A stretch of 64,000 bases of DNA, from sequence record NC_006883.2. One strand, given 5' to 3'. The notes beneath the pieces were generated by a model. It was not told the origin of the DNA, did not search any database, and worked only from the letters and a program-made list of their open reading frames with translations. Each line of letters begins with the position of its first letter. Position 1 is the first letter of the stretch. Below are positions 28,684 to 39,213 of this stretch, piece by piece. Both the position numbers and the translations under genes were made by a program.

Positions 28684-31600
28684 ATGACAAGGTTTAGAAG
28701 CGGAAGAGTCCCCCATCAACATATCGGTATTAGTTCTTTTACCGAAGATAAGCTTGTCCTTGATGTAATAGGTAATGCCACGATTAGTGGTACTTTAAGT
28801 GTTGGTGTTGGAACTAATAATAGTGGTAATGGTAATATTAGTATTGGTGGAACTACTGGAACAATAGGTCAGTATTTAAAATCCACTGGTGTTGGAGTTA
28901 CTTGGGCTGATTTTGCTGATGTAAGAGATTCTCAATCCTTTGTTGCAACTGCAGGACAAACAACATTTGTATTTACTGCAAATGAACTTAATCAATATAA
29001 TCCAAATTTTATTGATGTATATGTTAATGGTGTTAAATTAATTAATAGTGAATATGATGCATTTAATGGATCTAATGTAGTTTTAAAATCTGCGTGTTTT
29101 GCTGGAGATATTGTTGAGTTAATTTCTTATAATACAAATCAAATTACTAATGGTATGGGTGGAAGTACCATTGGTATTAACACCTTTGCTACATCAACCT
29201 TTACTCATATAGGTGCAAGTGGGGTTGTAACTGCTACAACTTATTATGGTGATGGATCTAATTTAACAGGAGTAACAACTTCTTTACGTTCTGAGTATGC
29301 TGATGTATCTGGCATTTCAACTATCTCTCAAGGGTTAACTGGAACACCTGATATTGCAGTAAGAAATATTAATGTTGGTATTGCAACTTTTACTGGGAAC
29401 CTTGATGCTGTTGATGCTTCCTTTAGTGGAAATGTATCTATCGGTGGAACATTAACATACGAAGATGTAACAAATATAGATTCAGTTGGACTTATAACTG
29501 CTAGAAATGGTATAGATGTAACTGGTCCTATAAAGGGGTTTAGTTATACTCAATCACCATATAGTAATACTGTAGAAACAATAATAGTAAAAGTAGTAAC
29601 TAAAACTGCAGCACACCGATATAATGGTAATGGTAGTTCACTTGGATATACTTTTGATGGTGTCGAATCTCCTTTCCTCACGTTAACACCTGGTAAAACT
29701 TATAGATTTGATCAATCAGATAATTCAAACCTTACACATCAATTAAGATTTTATTTAGATCCTGAGAAGGTAGTAGAATATCTTAGAACTCCTGGTGAGA
29801 TTGTTTATAGTGGAGCAGCAGGTTCTAATGGTTCTTATACTGAAATTCAAATACTTGATGATACCCCAACGGTCTTATATTATCAATGCGTAAACCATTC
29901 TTATATGGGTAATGCGGTTCAGGTTAATACTGGACACGCTATTGGATTTGCAACAGCAGCATCTATAGACACATCTGGTATTATAACTGCATTTAGATAT
30001 TATGGTGATGGAACATATCTAAGTGGAGTACAATCTCAACTTGTAATACAAGAAGAGGGTGGTGCTGTAGGTACTGCTGGAACAATTAATTTTGTTGGTG
30101 TTGGTGTAACAGCATCGGTTACTGATGATATTGCAACAATTCAAGTTGGTAATCATTTTGCTGTTACTGCTGGTATTGCTACTGTTGCTGAAGGGATAAC
30201 AGGATCTCCAAATGCTTCATTCTCTGGTATAACTGCAACAGGATTGCAGATGACTGGATTATGTACTGCTGGTACTTTTGTTGGTAACTTAGTTGGTGGT
30301 GTTGCTGGTGGTAATTGGGGTGGATATGATTCAACTGCTACTAATAATGTAAGTGCTGGTCAAAATGTAAGTGCTGGTCAATCAGTAACAGCAGGAAATG
30401 GATTCTATGGTGATGGTTCTGGTATAACAAATCTTGTTACAACCTCAGATACCGCACCAAGTAATCCTACTGATGGTAATCTTTGGTGGAAATCTGATGA
30501 AGGTCAATTAAAAATATATTATCAAGATGCTGATAGTGCTCAATGGGTAGATGCAAATGCTAGTGGTGGAGCTGGTTCTTCTGGTGGATCTAGCGATCTA
30601 TTAAATGACACAACACCACAGTTGGGAGGAACACTAGATCTTAATAACCGTGATATTACTGGAACTGGTAATATATCCATTAATGGAGGTTTAACTTTAA
30701 TTGGTGGTACAAGTAATATAGGTAATGTATACTCGACTGGTATTGTAACTGCTTCAACTTTCTATGGAAACATTGTAGGTGATCTTAGTGGTACTTCTAC
30801 TGGTAATGTAACTGGAACTGTTAATGCTACTGGATTATCTACTTTTACTACCCTTGACATAAATGGTGATGTTAATGTTAGTGGTGCATCTACTATAACT
30901 GGTGCTCTTGATGTAACTGATAGTGTTGATGCACATAGTATAAATGTTTCTACAGCAGTAACGGCAATATCATTCCACGGTGATGGACAATATTTAACTA
31001 ACATATATTCTGCACCTCCACAAGGTATTAGTACAACTGGATATACTGGATTAACAAATTTATTCTGTGGTGGATACTTAGAGGTAGATGGTCAATCTAT
31101 CCTTGATGATGTTATTGTATCTGCTGCTGCAACTTTCCAAGGTGCTTTAAGTGCTAATACAGGACCAGTTACTCTTAACAATGCAACTATTAATGGTACT
31201 ACAAATGTAACTGGTCCATCTACGCTTACAACTGTTAATGTGGTTGGTCATTCAGAATTAGATAATGTAAATATTTCTGGTGTTGCTACTGCTATAGGTT
31301 TTGTTGGACCTTTGACTGGTAATGCTGCTACTGCTTCTAATTTAAGTGGATCCCCAAGTATTAGTGTTACGAATGTATCTGCTGGAATTATAACTGCAAC
31401 TAACGGTTATTATGGAAATGTAAATGTTAATAATCAAAATATTGAAGTTGGTAATTGTACCACTCAAGGAACCGATAATACTATAAAGGTAGGATCTAGT
31501 GCATTAGAAATTTTCCATAGACCTGCTGCATATGCAACTTATCTTCAAAATAAAGCAGATACAAACCTCTTTATAACTGGTAATGATGCTACTGGAACTT

Positions 31601-32196
31601 GGGGTAATATATTCATTAGACCTTATCTAAGTAACTTTAGTGGAGTTGCTTGTTGGTGGGGCGGTGCTACAGAATTATTCTATGGTAATAATAACACTAA
31701 GAGATTGGAGACGACTTCTGGTGGTGTTAATATTATTGGAACCCTGAGTAAGAGTGGTGGATCGTTTAAGATTCCTCATCCAGTATCAGGATTATCTACC
31801 ACTAAGCACTTAGTTCATTCTTTCCTTGAAGGTCCACAAATGGATCTTATCTATCGTGGTAAGGTTGATTTGGTTGGTGGTACTGCTACAGTTAATATTG
31901 ATACCAAGGCTGGTATGACTGAAGGGACATTTGTTTTATTAAATAGAGATGTTCAATGTTTTACTACAAATGAAACTGGGTGGACAGCAGTGAAGGGTTC
32001 TGTAACTGGTAATGAGATTACTATAGTTGCACAAGATAATAGTTGTACTGATACTATTTCTTGGATGGTTGTTGGTGAAAGACAAGATGATACTGTTAAG
32101 GCATTAGATATGACTGATAGTGAGGGTAACTTAATTGTTGAACCAGATCAACCAGCAGCAGACACAAAACATGCTGATGTTCAAGCACAGTTATAG
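28684..32196 (+). CDS. Long tail fibre-like protein (1170 aa)
   Basis: Thr/Gly/Ser-rich repeats, ATAGQTTF..DVYVNGVKL module, LWWKSDEGQLKIYY module, C-terminal GSFKIPHP domain. Confidence 0.8.
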   Translation: MTRFRSGRVPHQHIGISSFTEDKLVLDVIGNATISGTLSVGVGTNNSGNGNISIGGTTGTIGQYLKSTGVGVTWADFADVRDSQSFVATAGQTTFVFTANELNQYNPNFIDVYVNGVKLINSEYDAFNGSNVVLKSACFAGDIVELISYNTNQITNGMGGSTIGINTFATSTFTHIGASGVVTATTYYGDGSNLTGVTTSLRSEYADVSGISTISQGLTGTPDIAVRNINVGIATFTGNLDAVDASFSGNVSIGGTLTYEDVTNIDSVGLITARNGIDVTGPIKGFSYTQSPYSNTVETIIVKVVTKTAAHRYNGNGSSLGYTFDGVESPFLTLTPGKTYRFDQSDNSNLTHQLRFYLDPEKVVEYLRTPGEIVYSGAAGSNGSYTEIQILDDTPTVLYYQCVNHSYMGNAVQVNTGHAIGFATAASIDTSGIITAFRYYGDGTYLSGVQSQLVIQEEGGAVGTAGTINFVGVGVTASVTDDIATIQVGNHFAVTAGIATVAEGITGSPNASFSGITATGLQMTGLCTAGTFVGNLVGGVAGGNWGGYDSTATNNVSAGQNVSAGQSVTAGNGFYGDGSGITNLVTTSDTAPSNPTDGNLWWKSDEGQLKIYYQDADSAQWVDANASGGAGSSGGSSDLLNDTTPQLGGTLDLNNRDITGTGNISINGGLTLIGGTSNIGNVYSTGIVTASTFYGNIVGDLSGTSTGNVTGTVNATGLSTFTTLDINGDVNVSGASTITGALDVTDSVDAHSINVSTAVTAISFHGDGQYLTNIYSAPPQGISTTGYTGLTNLFCGGYLEVDGQSILDDVIVSAAATFQGALSANTGPVTLNNATINGTTNVTGPSTLTTVNVVGHSELDNVNISGVATAIGFVGPLTGNAATASNLSGSPSISVTNVSAGIITATNGYYGNVNVNNQNIEVGNCTTQGTDNTIKVGSSALEIFHRPAAYATYLQNKADTNLFITGNDATGTWGNIFIRPYLSNFSGVACWWGGATELFYGNNNTKRLETTSGGVNIIGTLSKSGGSFKIPHPVSGLSTTKHLVHSFLEGPQMDLIYRGKVDLVGGTATVNIDTKAGMTEGTFVLLNRDVQCFTTNETGWTAVKGSVTGNEITIVAQDNSCTDTISWMVVGERQDDTVKALDMTDSEGNLIVEPDQPAADTKHADVQAQL
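30346..30381 (+). repeat. 18-bp tandem duplication (NVSAGQ x2)
   Basis: AATGTAAGTGCTGGTCAA twice. Confidence 0.85.
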
Positions 32197-32206
32197 AGGT
32201 AAATAA

Positions 32207-32971
32207 ATGGCTATTAATTTTCCAAGCAATCCTAGCGTAAACGATACTCACACTGCAAATAATATTACATGGAAGTGGGATGGAACAACTTGGAAAGTTG
32301 GCATAACCACTTTTAATGCTGCTACTATTCCAGGTATTAGCACATCAGGGACATCATATTTTTATGATTTAGATGTTGCTCATAATGTATCAGTGGGTTC
32401 TTCTATAACTGCTGGTACTTATTTTGGTGATGGTGCTGGTTTAACAAATGTTGCTGGTACTACTGGTCCTGCTGGTCCTACTGGTTCTCCTGGTCCTGCT
32501 GGTCCTGCTGGTGGAACTGGTCCACAAGGTTCACCTGGTCCTGCTGGTTCGCCTGGTGCAACTGGTCCTGTTGGAAATCCTGGTCCTACTGGTCCTTCTG
32601 GTGGTCCTGTTGGTCCTCCAGGTCCTCCTGGTCCTGCTGGTGGTGGAACGGGTGGAACTATTGGTAGTGGATCCTTTAATGCAGTTGCAGGTCAAACAGT
32701 TCAGTTGGATAGTGTTACACAGGCTCATTTACTATCTGATTATGATATGTATTTCAGTCATAGTGCTGGTACACAATCTCAAAAAGTTACAGTATTAAAT
32801 GCTGGTGGAACTACTGCACACTCTCAACAATTTGGTATTATGTTTAATAATAATTTACTTGTTTCTGTTGGATCATCTATTCATAATAGTAATTTAACTG
32901 TAAATGTTACACCAGAGCCAGGAATAACTGGCACAGTAACGTATAAGTTCCTTAGAACGGAGGTATCATGA
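32207..32971 (+). CDS. Collagen-like fibre protein
   Basis: About 21 Gly-X-Y triplets (GPA, GSP, GPP) at 32456-32648 with one extra Gly interruption. Confidence 0.85.
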   Translation: MAINFPSNPSVNDTHTANNITWKWDGTTWKVGITTFNAATIPGISTSGTSYFYDLDVAHNVSVGSSITAGTYFGDGAGLTNVAGTTGPAGPTGSPGPAGPAGGTGPQGSPGPAGSPGATGPVGNPGPTGPSGGPVGPPGPPGPAGGGTGGTIGSGSFNAVAGQTVQLDSVTQAHLLSDYDMYFSHSAGTQSQKVTVLNAGGTTAHSQQFGIMFNNNLLVSVGSSIHNSNLTVNVTPEPGITGTVTYKFLRTEVS

Positions 32972-34803
32972 TTAGTACAACATTAGATTCAAATACTGGA
33001 AGAGTTCTTGTTGTTCATAGCACTTCTGCTCAACCATATACTGTTTGTGTAAAGGATGCTGCGGATTGGGCAGAGATTCATAATTATATAATCAATGAAA
33101 ATAATATAGATGATATTCCAAATAGGAAGATTGATTGTACATCAGAGATGCAGTGTTCTCCTAAGAGAGGTGTATATGAAATCTCTCCTGCAGAGGCAGA
33201 TGTATTAAAGAATCACCCTAAGATTGAATGGGTATTGAGGTCTGCTTTATATAATGAGTATGAATTAGAACAGAGAAAATATGATCAAGAGTTTGATCAA
33301 CACATTACTACTAATAGATTTAAATATGATGTAACTAATAGAAGGTTTTCAACCAGTGGTGGAGGTAATCCAGGAAACACTTTAGATTTTACTCAGTGGG
33401 GATTATATCGTCACTCTCATAGGAGTAATAAGTTTATTAATGCTACAACTATAACTGAAGATCTGCAGTATACTTTATCGGGGAAAAATGTTGATGTTGT
33501 TATTATGGATACTGGAGTTCGTTGGAATCACCCAGAATTTTTAAAACCAGGATACACATCTGTTGCTAATAGTTTAGCTTGTGAAACTGAGAGTAGAGTT
33601 AGAGATATATTAATTCATGGTGAATCTGAATATGGAATCAATTGGTCTGCTAATGGATTATCTGCACCTGGATCAGGAGCATTTGGAAATTATAATGTTG
33701 CTGGTGCTTTATTGATGCATAATAATGGTAATCAAAATAATAGTTTAGCAAACCATCATGGTTCTCACTGTGCTGGAACTGCTGCTGGTAATCAGTTTGG
33801 TCATGCTTTTGAAGCAAATATATGGTCTATTGCTTGTGTTGATAGAAGTGATCTTGGATGGTCAAATCCTTCTGATGGATTTGATTATATTAAAGTTTGG
33901 CATAAGAATAAACCAATTAATCCATTAACTGGTAGAAGAAATCCTACAGTTGTTAATGGTAGTTGGGGAAATAGGCAATTTTGGAATTATAATAATGCTC
34001 ATATTGCAACCTTTAGAGGAACTGCTTATAACGAGACTCAAATAAATTCTACTACTGCACCTGCAGTACATTATATGTCTTATGGTTTCAGTACTTATAA
34101 TGAGTTTACTGCTAAACAAACATATGGTCAATCAGAAGCAGATGAATTATTTGATGATCCTGATTGTAAGGATATAGTATTTTGTTTTGCTGCAGGTAAT
34201 TCTAATGATAAACAGGAGATTCCTTCAGGGAGAGATTATCATAATGAAATGACTTCTGCTACTTTTTATTATAGTTCTGGGTATGAACATTATTATAATA
34301 GATCTGGAACACCTGCTATATCTGGGGAAGGAAGAGATGATGCTGCGATAGTTGTTGGATCTATTGATGCTACAAGACAGACAACTGGAGGGCAAGAAAG
34401 ATGTTCCTCTTTCAGTAATAGAGGTCCAAGAATTGATGTTTGGGCTGGAGGATCTATTATCTTAAGTCCATATGCAACTGGATATGCTGATCCAAGAAAT
34501 AATAATTTTTATAATTATGCTATAAGTGGAACTAGTATGGCAACACCTCAAGTATGTGGTGTGATGGCGTTGTATTTGGAATCTCAACCACAGGCAACTA
34601 GAGCAGATGCTAGAAAATGGTTGTATAATCATGGATCTTGTGAAGTTGCTGACACTGAATATTATGATCCATACCAAAGTAATGGTGATACTGATTCAAA
34701 CTACTGGGGTAACACTTATAGTTTGAAGAGTTCTCCTCGTAGGATTTTATTTAATCCTTTCGCTAATAATGGTGAATCATCCATTACTGGCATTTCATTC
34801 TAA
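32968..34803 (+). CDS. Subtilisin-like serine protease (S8)
   Basis: VVIMDTG (Asp), HGSHCAGTAAG (His), FAAGNSN (oxyanion Asn), SGTSMATPQV (Ser). Confidence 0.92.
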   Translation: MISTTLDSNTGRVLVVHSTSAQPYTVCVKDAADWAEIHNYIINENNIDDIPNRKIDCTSEMQCSPKRGVYEISPAEADVLKNHPKIEWVLRSALYNEYELEQRKYDQEFDQHITTNRFKYDVTNRRFSTSGGGNPGNTLDFTQWGLYRHSHRSNKFINATTITEDLQYTLSGKNVDVVIMDTGVRWNHPEFLKPGYTSVANSLACETESRVRDILIHGESEYGINWSANGLSAPGSGAFGNYNVAGALLMHNNGNQNNSLANHHGSHCAGTAAGNQFGHAFEANIWSIACVDRSDLGWSNPSDGFDYIKVWHKNKPINPLTGRRNPTVVNGSWGNRQFWNYNNAHIATFRGTAYNETQINSTTAPAVHYMSYGFSTYNEFTAKQTYGQSEADELFDDPDCKDIVFCFAAGNSNDKQEIPSGRDYHNEMTSATFYYSSGYEHYYNRSGTPAISGEGRDDAAIVVGSIDATRQTTGGQERCSSFSNRGPRIDVWAGGSIILSPYATGYADPRNNNFYNYAISGTSMATPQVCGVMALYLESQPQATRADARKWLYNHGSCEVADTEYYDPYQSNGDTDSNYWGNTYSLKSSPRRILFNPFANNGESSITGISF

Positions 34804-34823
34804 ATATTTAAAAAATAAAGCAA

Positions 34824-37800
34824 ATGGCAGATAAAGGATTTGGCGTAAAGAAAATTAATTTGATTGGGGCATCTGGTACTCCAACACTTACAAGTCCAAA
34901 TAATCTAAATTTAAACGCAGTAAACGTTGCTATAAGTACTGATGTATCAATCGGTGGAACTTGTACTGCATATGAATTTAGTGGTGCTACTGCTAGTTGG
35001 ATGGTTGGTAATGATGGAACAGATAATTACACTTTTATAGGATCAGGTATTTCAACTCAAGTAAATGATCCAGAATTAAATCTTTATAAAGGACAAAAAT
35101 ATATTTTTCATAATAGATCTTCAGGGCATCCATTTAGGATTCAAATCACTCCTAATGGGTCTGTAGGTGGACAATATAATACTGGTGTGACCAATAATGA
35201 TGGTTCCGCACAAACAGATATTATATTTGAAGTTCCACAAGATGCACCTGATACTCTATATTATCAGTGTACATCGCATACTGGAATGGGTGGTAAGATT
35301 AATATAGTAGGTGTAGCTTCTGATACTGATACAACTTTAGATGGAAAGACTAGTGGTACAAATGTTTACTTAGGAACTACTGCTGGTGCAGCAAATACAA
35401 CAAGTCCTGGTAATGAAGTTGGTATTGGTTACAGTGCATTAATGCAATCTACTGGCCGTGATAGTACTGGTATTGGAGCATACGCTTTACAAAATGTTAA
35501 TGGATATTATAATACTGCAGTTGGATCTTACGCTGGATTTAGTACTACTGCTGGCATTAGCACTGCATCAGATAATAGTTTCTTTGGATATGCTTCTGGG
35601 TATCAGAATAATGGAGATGGTAATTCTGGAATTGGTCTTCGTACTCTCTTTAGAAATATTGGAACAGAGAATACTGCATTGGGTATGTATTCTTTACAGG
35701 ATAATATAAATGGAAGTTATAATGTTGGAATGGGTGTTTATGCACAATACGCTAATGTGAGTGGATCAAACAATACTTCGGCTGGTTGGGCTGCATTATC
35801 CTCTAATGTGAGTGGTAATTTTAATTTGGTTTTAGGGTCGAATGCATTAAGAACAATTACCTCTGGACTTTCAAATGCTGCTGTAGGTTCTGATGCAGGA
35901 AGGTATTTAACTGGTGGATCTAGTTATAATACATTAATTGGTAATTATGCTGTTGGTATTGGTACTACTGGAAGTTATGTCACTGCCGTTGGAGCAAGTG
36001 CATTAGCTAAGAATATAGCAAATTTTAACACAGCAACAGGTGCTTATGCATCGCTACAGAATACAACAGGAGCTTTGAATTGTTCTTTCGGTGCTTATGC
36101 AGGAGAAAATACCACGACAGGAAGTTGGAATAATGCGTTTGGATATGCTGCTTTAAATGATAATATAACAGGTGTATCTAATAATGTAATGGGATATTTC
36201 GCACTTGGAGTTTCTACTGATGCTAGTTATAATGTTGCAATCGGATATGAGAGTTTAAAATCTCTAAAAACTGGTGATTATAATACTGCCGTAGGACATA
36301 GGACACTTGATCTTCAAACTAGTGGAAGTTATCAAACTGCTCTTGGTGGATTTGCATTAGGTATGAGTACTACGACCATATCAAATACTGCTATTGGATA
36401 TGGTAGTCAACTTCAGACTATAGAAGGTAATTATAATACTGCGGTTGGAAATAATAGTTTACGGGAAAATATTGAGGGTGATAGTAATGTTGCTGTGGGA
36501 GATAACGCAATTGGTATTGGAACGACTGGAAGTTATAATGTTGCAGTTGGTGCTTATGCATTAGAAAAAAATAATAGTAACTATAGTACTGCAGTAGGTT
36601 ATAAAGCATTACGAAACATTACGAAATCTCAAAGTACTGCAGTAGGTTATAACGCTGCTGGTATAGCTACGGAAGCTTGGAACGTATGTGCATTTGGATT
36701 TCAAACACTATTTCACTTGACAACAGGTGATAATAATTGTGCTTATGGACATATGAGTCAGTTTGATACCACAACAGGACAATTTAATTCGTCCTTTGGT
36801 TCGTTATCAATGAGAGATAACACCATAGGTGGTCAGAATTGTGCTTTTGGTGAACAGGCATTAAAATCAAGTGGAATTGGTTCTGATAATACTGCAGTGG
36901 GATATAAAGCACTGTTGAGCATGAATAACGGTTCAAATACTAATACTGCGGTTGGTAGTTTTTGTCTTAGTAATACAGGTACAGTTGCACCATTTGCTAT
37001 AGCTGTTGTTAATTCTGGAGCAAGTTCATATACTATGAGTGGTACTGATAGAAATGGATCAGTTTCTGGTGGAGCCAACCCAACTATTACTCTTAATATA
37101 AATGACACTGCTACAATTAGTATAAGTGCTATTGGACATCCATTCTGGATTCAGTCAAGTTCTGGTGGATATAATGCTTCAAATGTTCTTGGAACAAACG
37201 AGGGTGTAACTAATAATGGGCAAGATAATGCAAATGTCGTTTTTAAGCCTAAAACTGCTGGTACTTATTACTATGTTTGCCAAAATCATGCGGCTATGCA
37301 GGGGCAAATTGTTGTTCAGGACCCACCTAATCCAAGCACTGCTGTGGGATATGCTGCGTTATACAACCAAACAGTTGGGGGTAATAACGTAGCTGTTGGT
37401 AAAAATACAATGTTCCTTAACCTTTCAGGTTATAACAATACTTCGATAGGTCAACAATCACATTATGGTAATAGTGGATCAACTCATTCATCATACGACT
37501 GTGTCTCTGTGGGACATATGGCACATTATTCCCTTGATACAGGATATTCAAATACTGCTGTGGGTAAATGGGCTGGATATTTTGTTAATACTGGTAGTAA
37601 TAATACCTGTATAGGGTATCAGTCAGGAACTGGATCATCACCATCAGGTTCTGTTAATAGTAATAGTAATGTTATTTGTTTAGGAGATAATTCTGTTCAA
37701 AATATATATTGTAATGATACATCAATTAGTTCTTCGGATCTGAGAGATAAGGCTGATATACAAAATTTTGATCATGGATTAGCGTGGATTAAGGAGTTAA

Positions 37801-38108
37801 GACCTGTTACTTATCGTTGGGATAAGCGTTCTTGGTATACTGAAGATCCAGCTACTAAAGGAACACCTGATGGAAGTAAGAAGACTAATCGTATTCATGT
37901 AGGTTTCATAGCACAAGAAGCAATTGAAGTTGAGAAAAAATTTGGTTATGGAGATAAAAAGGATAATATGCTTATCACTAACCAAGATGAGGATGATGCT
38001 GATCCTTCATATGGTATGAAGTATGAAAGATTAATCCCAGTTCTTGTAAATGCAATCAAGGAATTGTCTAGTGAGATAGACACTTTGAAGGCAAAAATAG
38101 CAGAATAG
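34824..38108 (+). CDS. Tail fibre with 14-residue N.A.G..AL repeats and C-terminal S74 intramolecular chaperone
   Basis: Many NTAVGY.AL repeats; SSDLRDKADIQ..LRPVTYRWD..GFIAQE..YERLIPVLVNAIKEL. Confidence 0.88.
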   Translation: MADKGFGVKKINLIGASGTPTLTSPNNLNLNAVNVAISTDVSIGGTCTAYEFSGATASWMVGNDGTDNYTFIGSGISTQVNDPELNLYKGQKYIFHNRSSGHPFRIQITPNGSVGGQYNTGVTNNDGSAQTDIIFEVPQDAPDTLYYQCTSHTGMGGKINIVGVASDTDTTLDGKTSGTNVYLGTTAGAANTTSPGNEVGIGYSALMQSTGRDSTGIGAYALQNVNGYYNTAVGSYAGFSTTAGISTASDNSFFGYASGYQNNGDGNSGIGLRTLFRNIGTENTALGMYSLQDNINGSYNVGMGVYAQYANVSGSNNTSAGWAALSSNVSGNFNLVLGSNALRTITSGLSNAAVGSDAGRYLTGGSSYNTLIGNYAVGIGTTGSYVTAVGASALAKNIANFNTATGAYASLQNTTGALNCSFGAYAGENTTTGSWNNAFGYAALNDNITGVSNNVMGYFALGVSTDASYNVAIGYESLKSLKTGDYNTAVGHRTLDLQTSGSYQTALGGFALGMSTTTISNTAIGYGSQLQTIEGNYNTAVGNNSLRENIEGDSNVAVGDNAIGIGTTGSYNVAVGAYALEKNNSNYSTAVGYKALRNITKSQSTAVGYNAAGIATEAWNVCAFGFQTLFHLTTGDNNCAYGHMSQFDTTTGQFNSSFGSLSMRDNTIGGQNCAFGEQALKSSGIGSDNTAVGYKALLSMNNGSNTNTAVGSFCLSNTGTVAPFAIAVVNSGASSYTMSGTDRNGSVSGGANPTITLNINDTATISISAIGHPFWIQSSSGGYNASNVLGTNEGVTNNGQDNANVVFKPKTAGTYYYVCQNHAAMQGQIVVQDPPNPSTAVGYAALYNQTVGGNNVAVGKNTMFLNLSGYNNTSIGQQSHYGNSGSTHSSYDCVSVGHMAHYSLDTGYSNTAVGKWAGYFVNTGSNNTCIGYQSGTGSSPSGSVNSNSNVICLGDNSVQNIYCNDTSISSSDLRDKADIQNFDHGLAWIKELRPVTYRWDKRSWYTEDPATKGTPDGSKKTNRIHVGFIAQEAIEVEKKFGYGDKKDNMLITNQDEDDADPSYGMKYERLIPVLVNAIKELSSEIDTLKAKIAE

Positions 38109-38151
38109 TAGATGTACAACCTCAATAAATACCTAATAAAGTAATCATATA

Positions 38152-38817
38152 ATGGCATTCAATAGAGAGCTGTCACAATTTGGTCATTATATAGTAGTTG
38201 ATGACACTACTGGTAAGATTGCTATTACCAGTACAACAACTCCTAATATTGGATTCGGAACTACAAATCCACAATTTAAAGTGGATGTTGCTGGTGATAT
38301 TAATTTTACTGGTGATATCTATAGACAAGGTGAAAAATTTACTTCTGGTGTTGGTATTGGATCAACAACAAGTAATCCAGTTTCAGCAGAGATAAGTAAT
38401 AAAATTGGTGTAGGATTTACTGACATCAACTTTGTTGGTGCTGGTATGACTGTTACTGGTTATGGAACTACTATAGTTGTTGACTTTACCAACCTTGCTG
38501 TTAAATCAGATGCTACAATACCATCATTAACTATACTAAGTTCAAGTGTTAATGTTGATTCTAATACGAGTTATCTGACTAATACTGTAGGTGCAGGATT
38601 TACTGTAACTCTTCCCTTAACTAAGAACCCTGGAGATTTTATTGAACTTCATGATACGGAAGTAAGTTGGGGCATAAATAATCTTATGGTTGCAACCCAA
38701 AATAATGAGCAGTTTAAAAACTTTTCAGGCGTGATTGATTCTCCTTTAGCATGTGATGTCGATGGTGCTACTGTAAAATTAGTTTGGACCAACACTTACT
38801 GGAGGGTATTTGCATGA
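38152..38817 (+). CDS. Virion structural protein
   Basis: IGFGTTNPQFKVDVAGDI; VTLP...GDFIEL module typical of fibre proteins. Confidence 0.65.
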   Translation: MAFNRELSQFGHYIVVDDTTGKIAITSTTTPNIGFGTTNPQFKVDVAGDINFTGDIYRQGEKFTSGVGIGSTTSNPVSAEISNKIGVGFTDINFVGAGMTVTGYGTTIVVDFTNLAVKSDATIPSLTILSSSVNVDSNTSYLTNTVGAGFTVTLPLTKNPGDFIELHDTEVSWGINNLMVATQNNEQFKNFSGVIDSPLACDVDGATVKLVWTNTYWRVFA

Positions 38818-39197
38818 CAATGTTCCTAAGTGGGAGTATGCTATCAGGGTCATCTGGAGGTGGCGGTGGCGGACTTCAATTTGGTCAGCAAGATAATTTT
38901 ACCGTTCACGCTCTAAGAAGAGATGATGACGGTATGCTTCGTTATACTAAAGTAAAAACTTCTGATCCTGATGTAGTTGATGTATCACATAGACTCGATG
39001 GAACAGCATACCCAGAGTTCTTAGAAGGTTTAGATTATGTGGATGAAACCACTGAAGAAAAAACTTATAAGAACAACGACTTCGATAAATACCAGCAGTT
39101 CAGGTTTGATTTTAGGAGAACATCCTATTATATTGATGATGATGGATATCTAACTGTATCTTTTAGTGATTATGATTATACCGCAGGACCAAAATAG
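38814..39197 (+). CDS. Hypothetical structural protein
   Basis: ATGA-coupled ORF; start moved to MTMFLSGS. Confidence 0.65.
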   Translation: MTMFLSGSMLSGSSGGGGGGLQFGQQDNFTVHALRRDDDGMLRYTKVKTSDPDVVDVSHRLDGTAYPEFLEGLDYVDETTEEKTYKNNDFDKYQQFRFDFRRTSYYIDDDGYLTVSFSDYDYTAGPK

Positions 39198-39213
39198 GAT
39201 TTAACAAAAAACA

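Noticed and set aside
32448-32798. 116-aa ORF of LLVLLV repeats
   Set aside because: Frame-shifted shadow of the collagen GGT-CCT-GCT codon repeats
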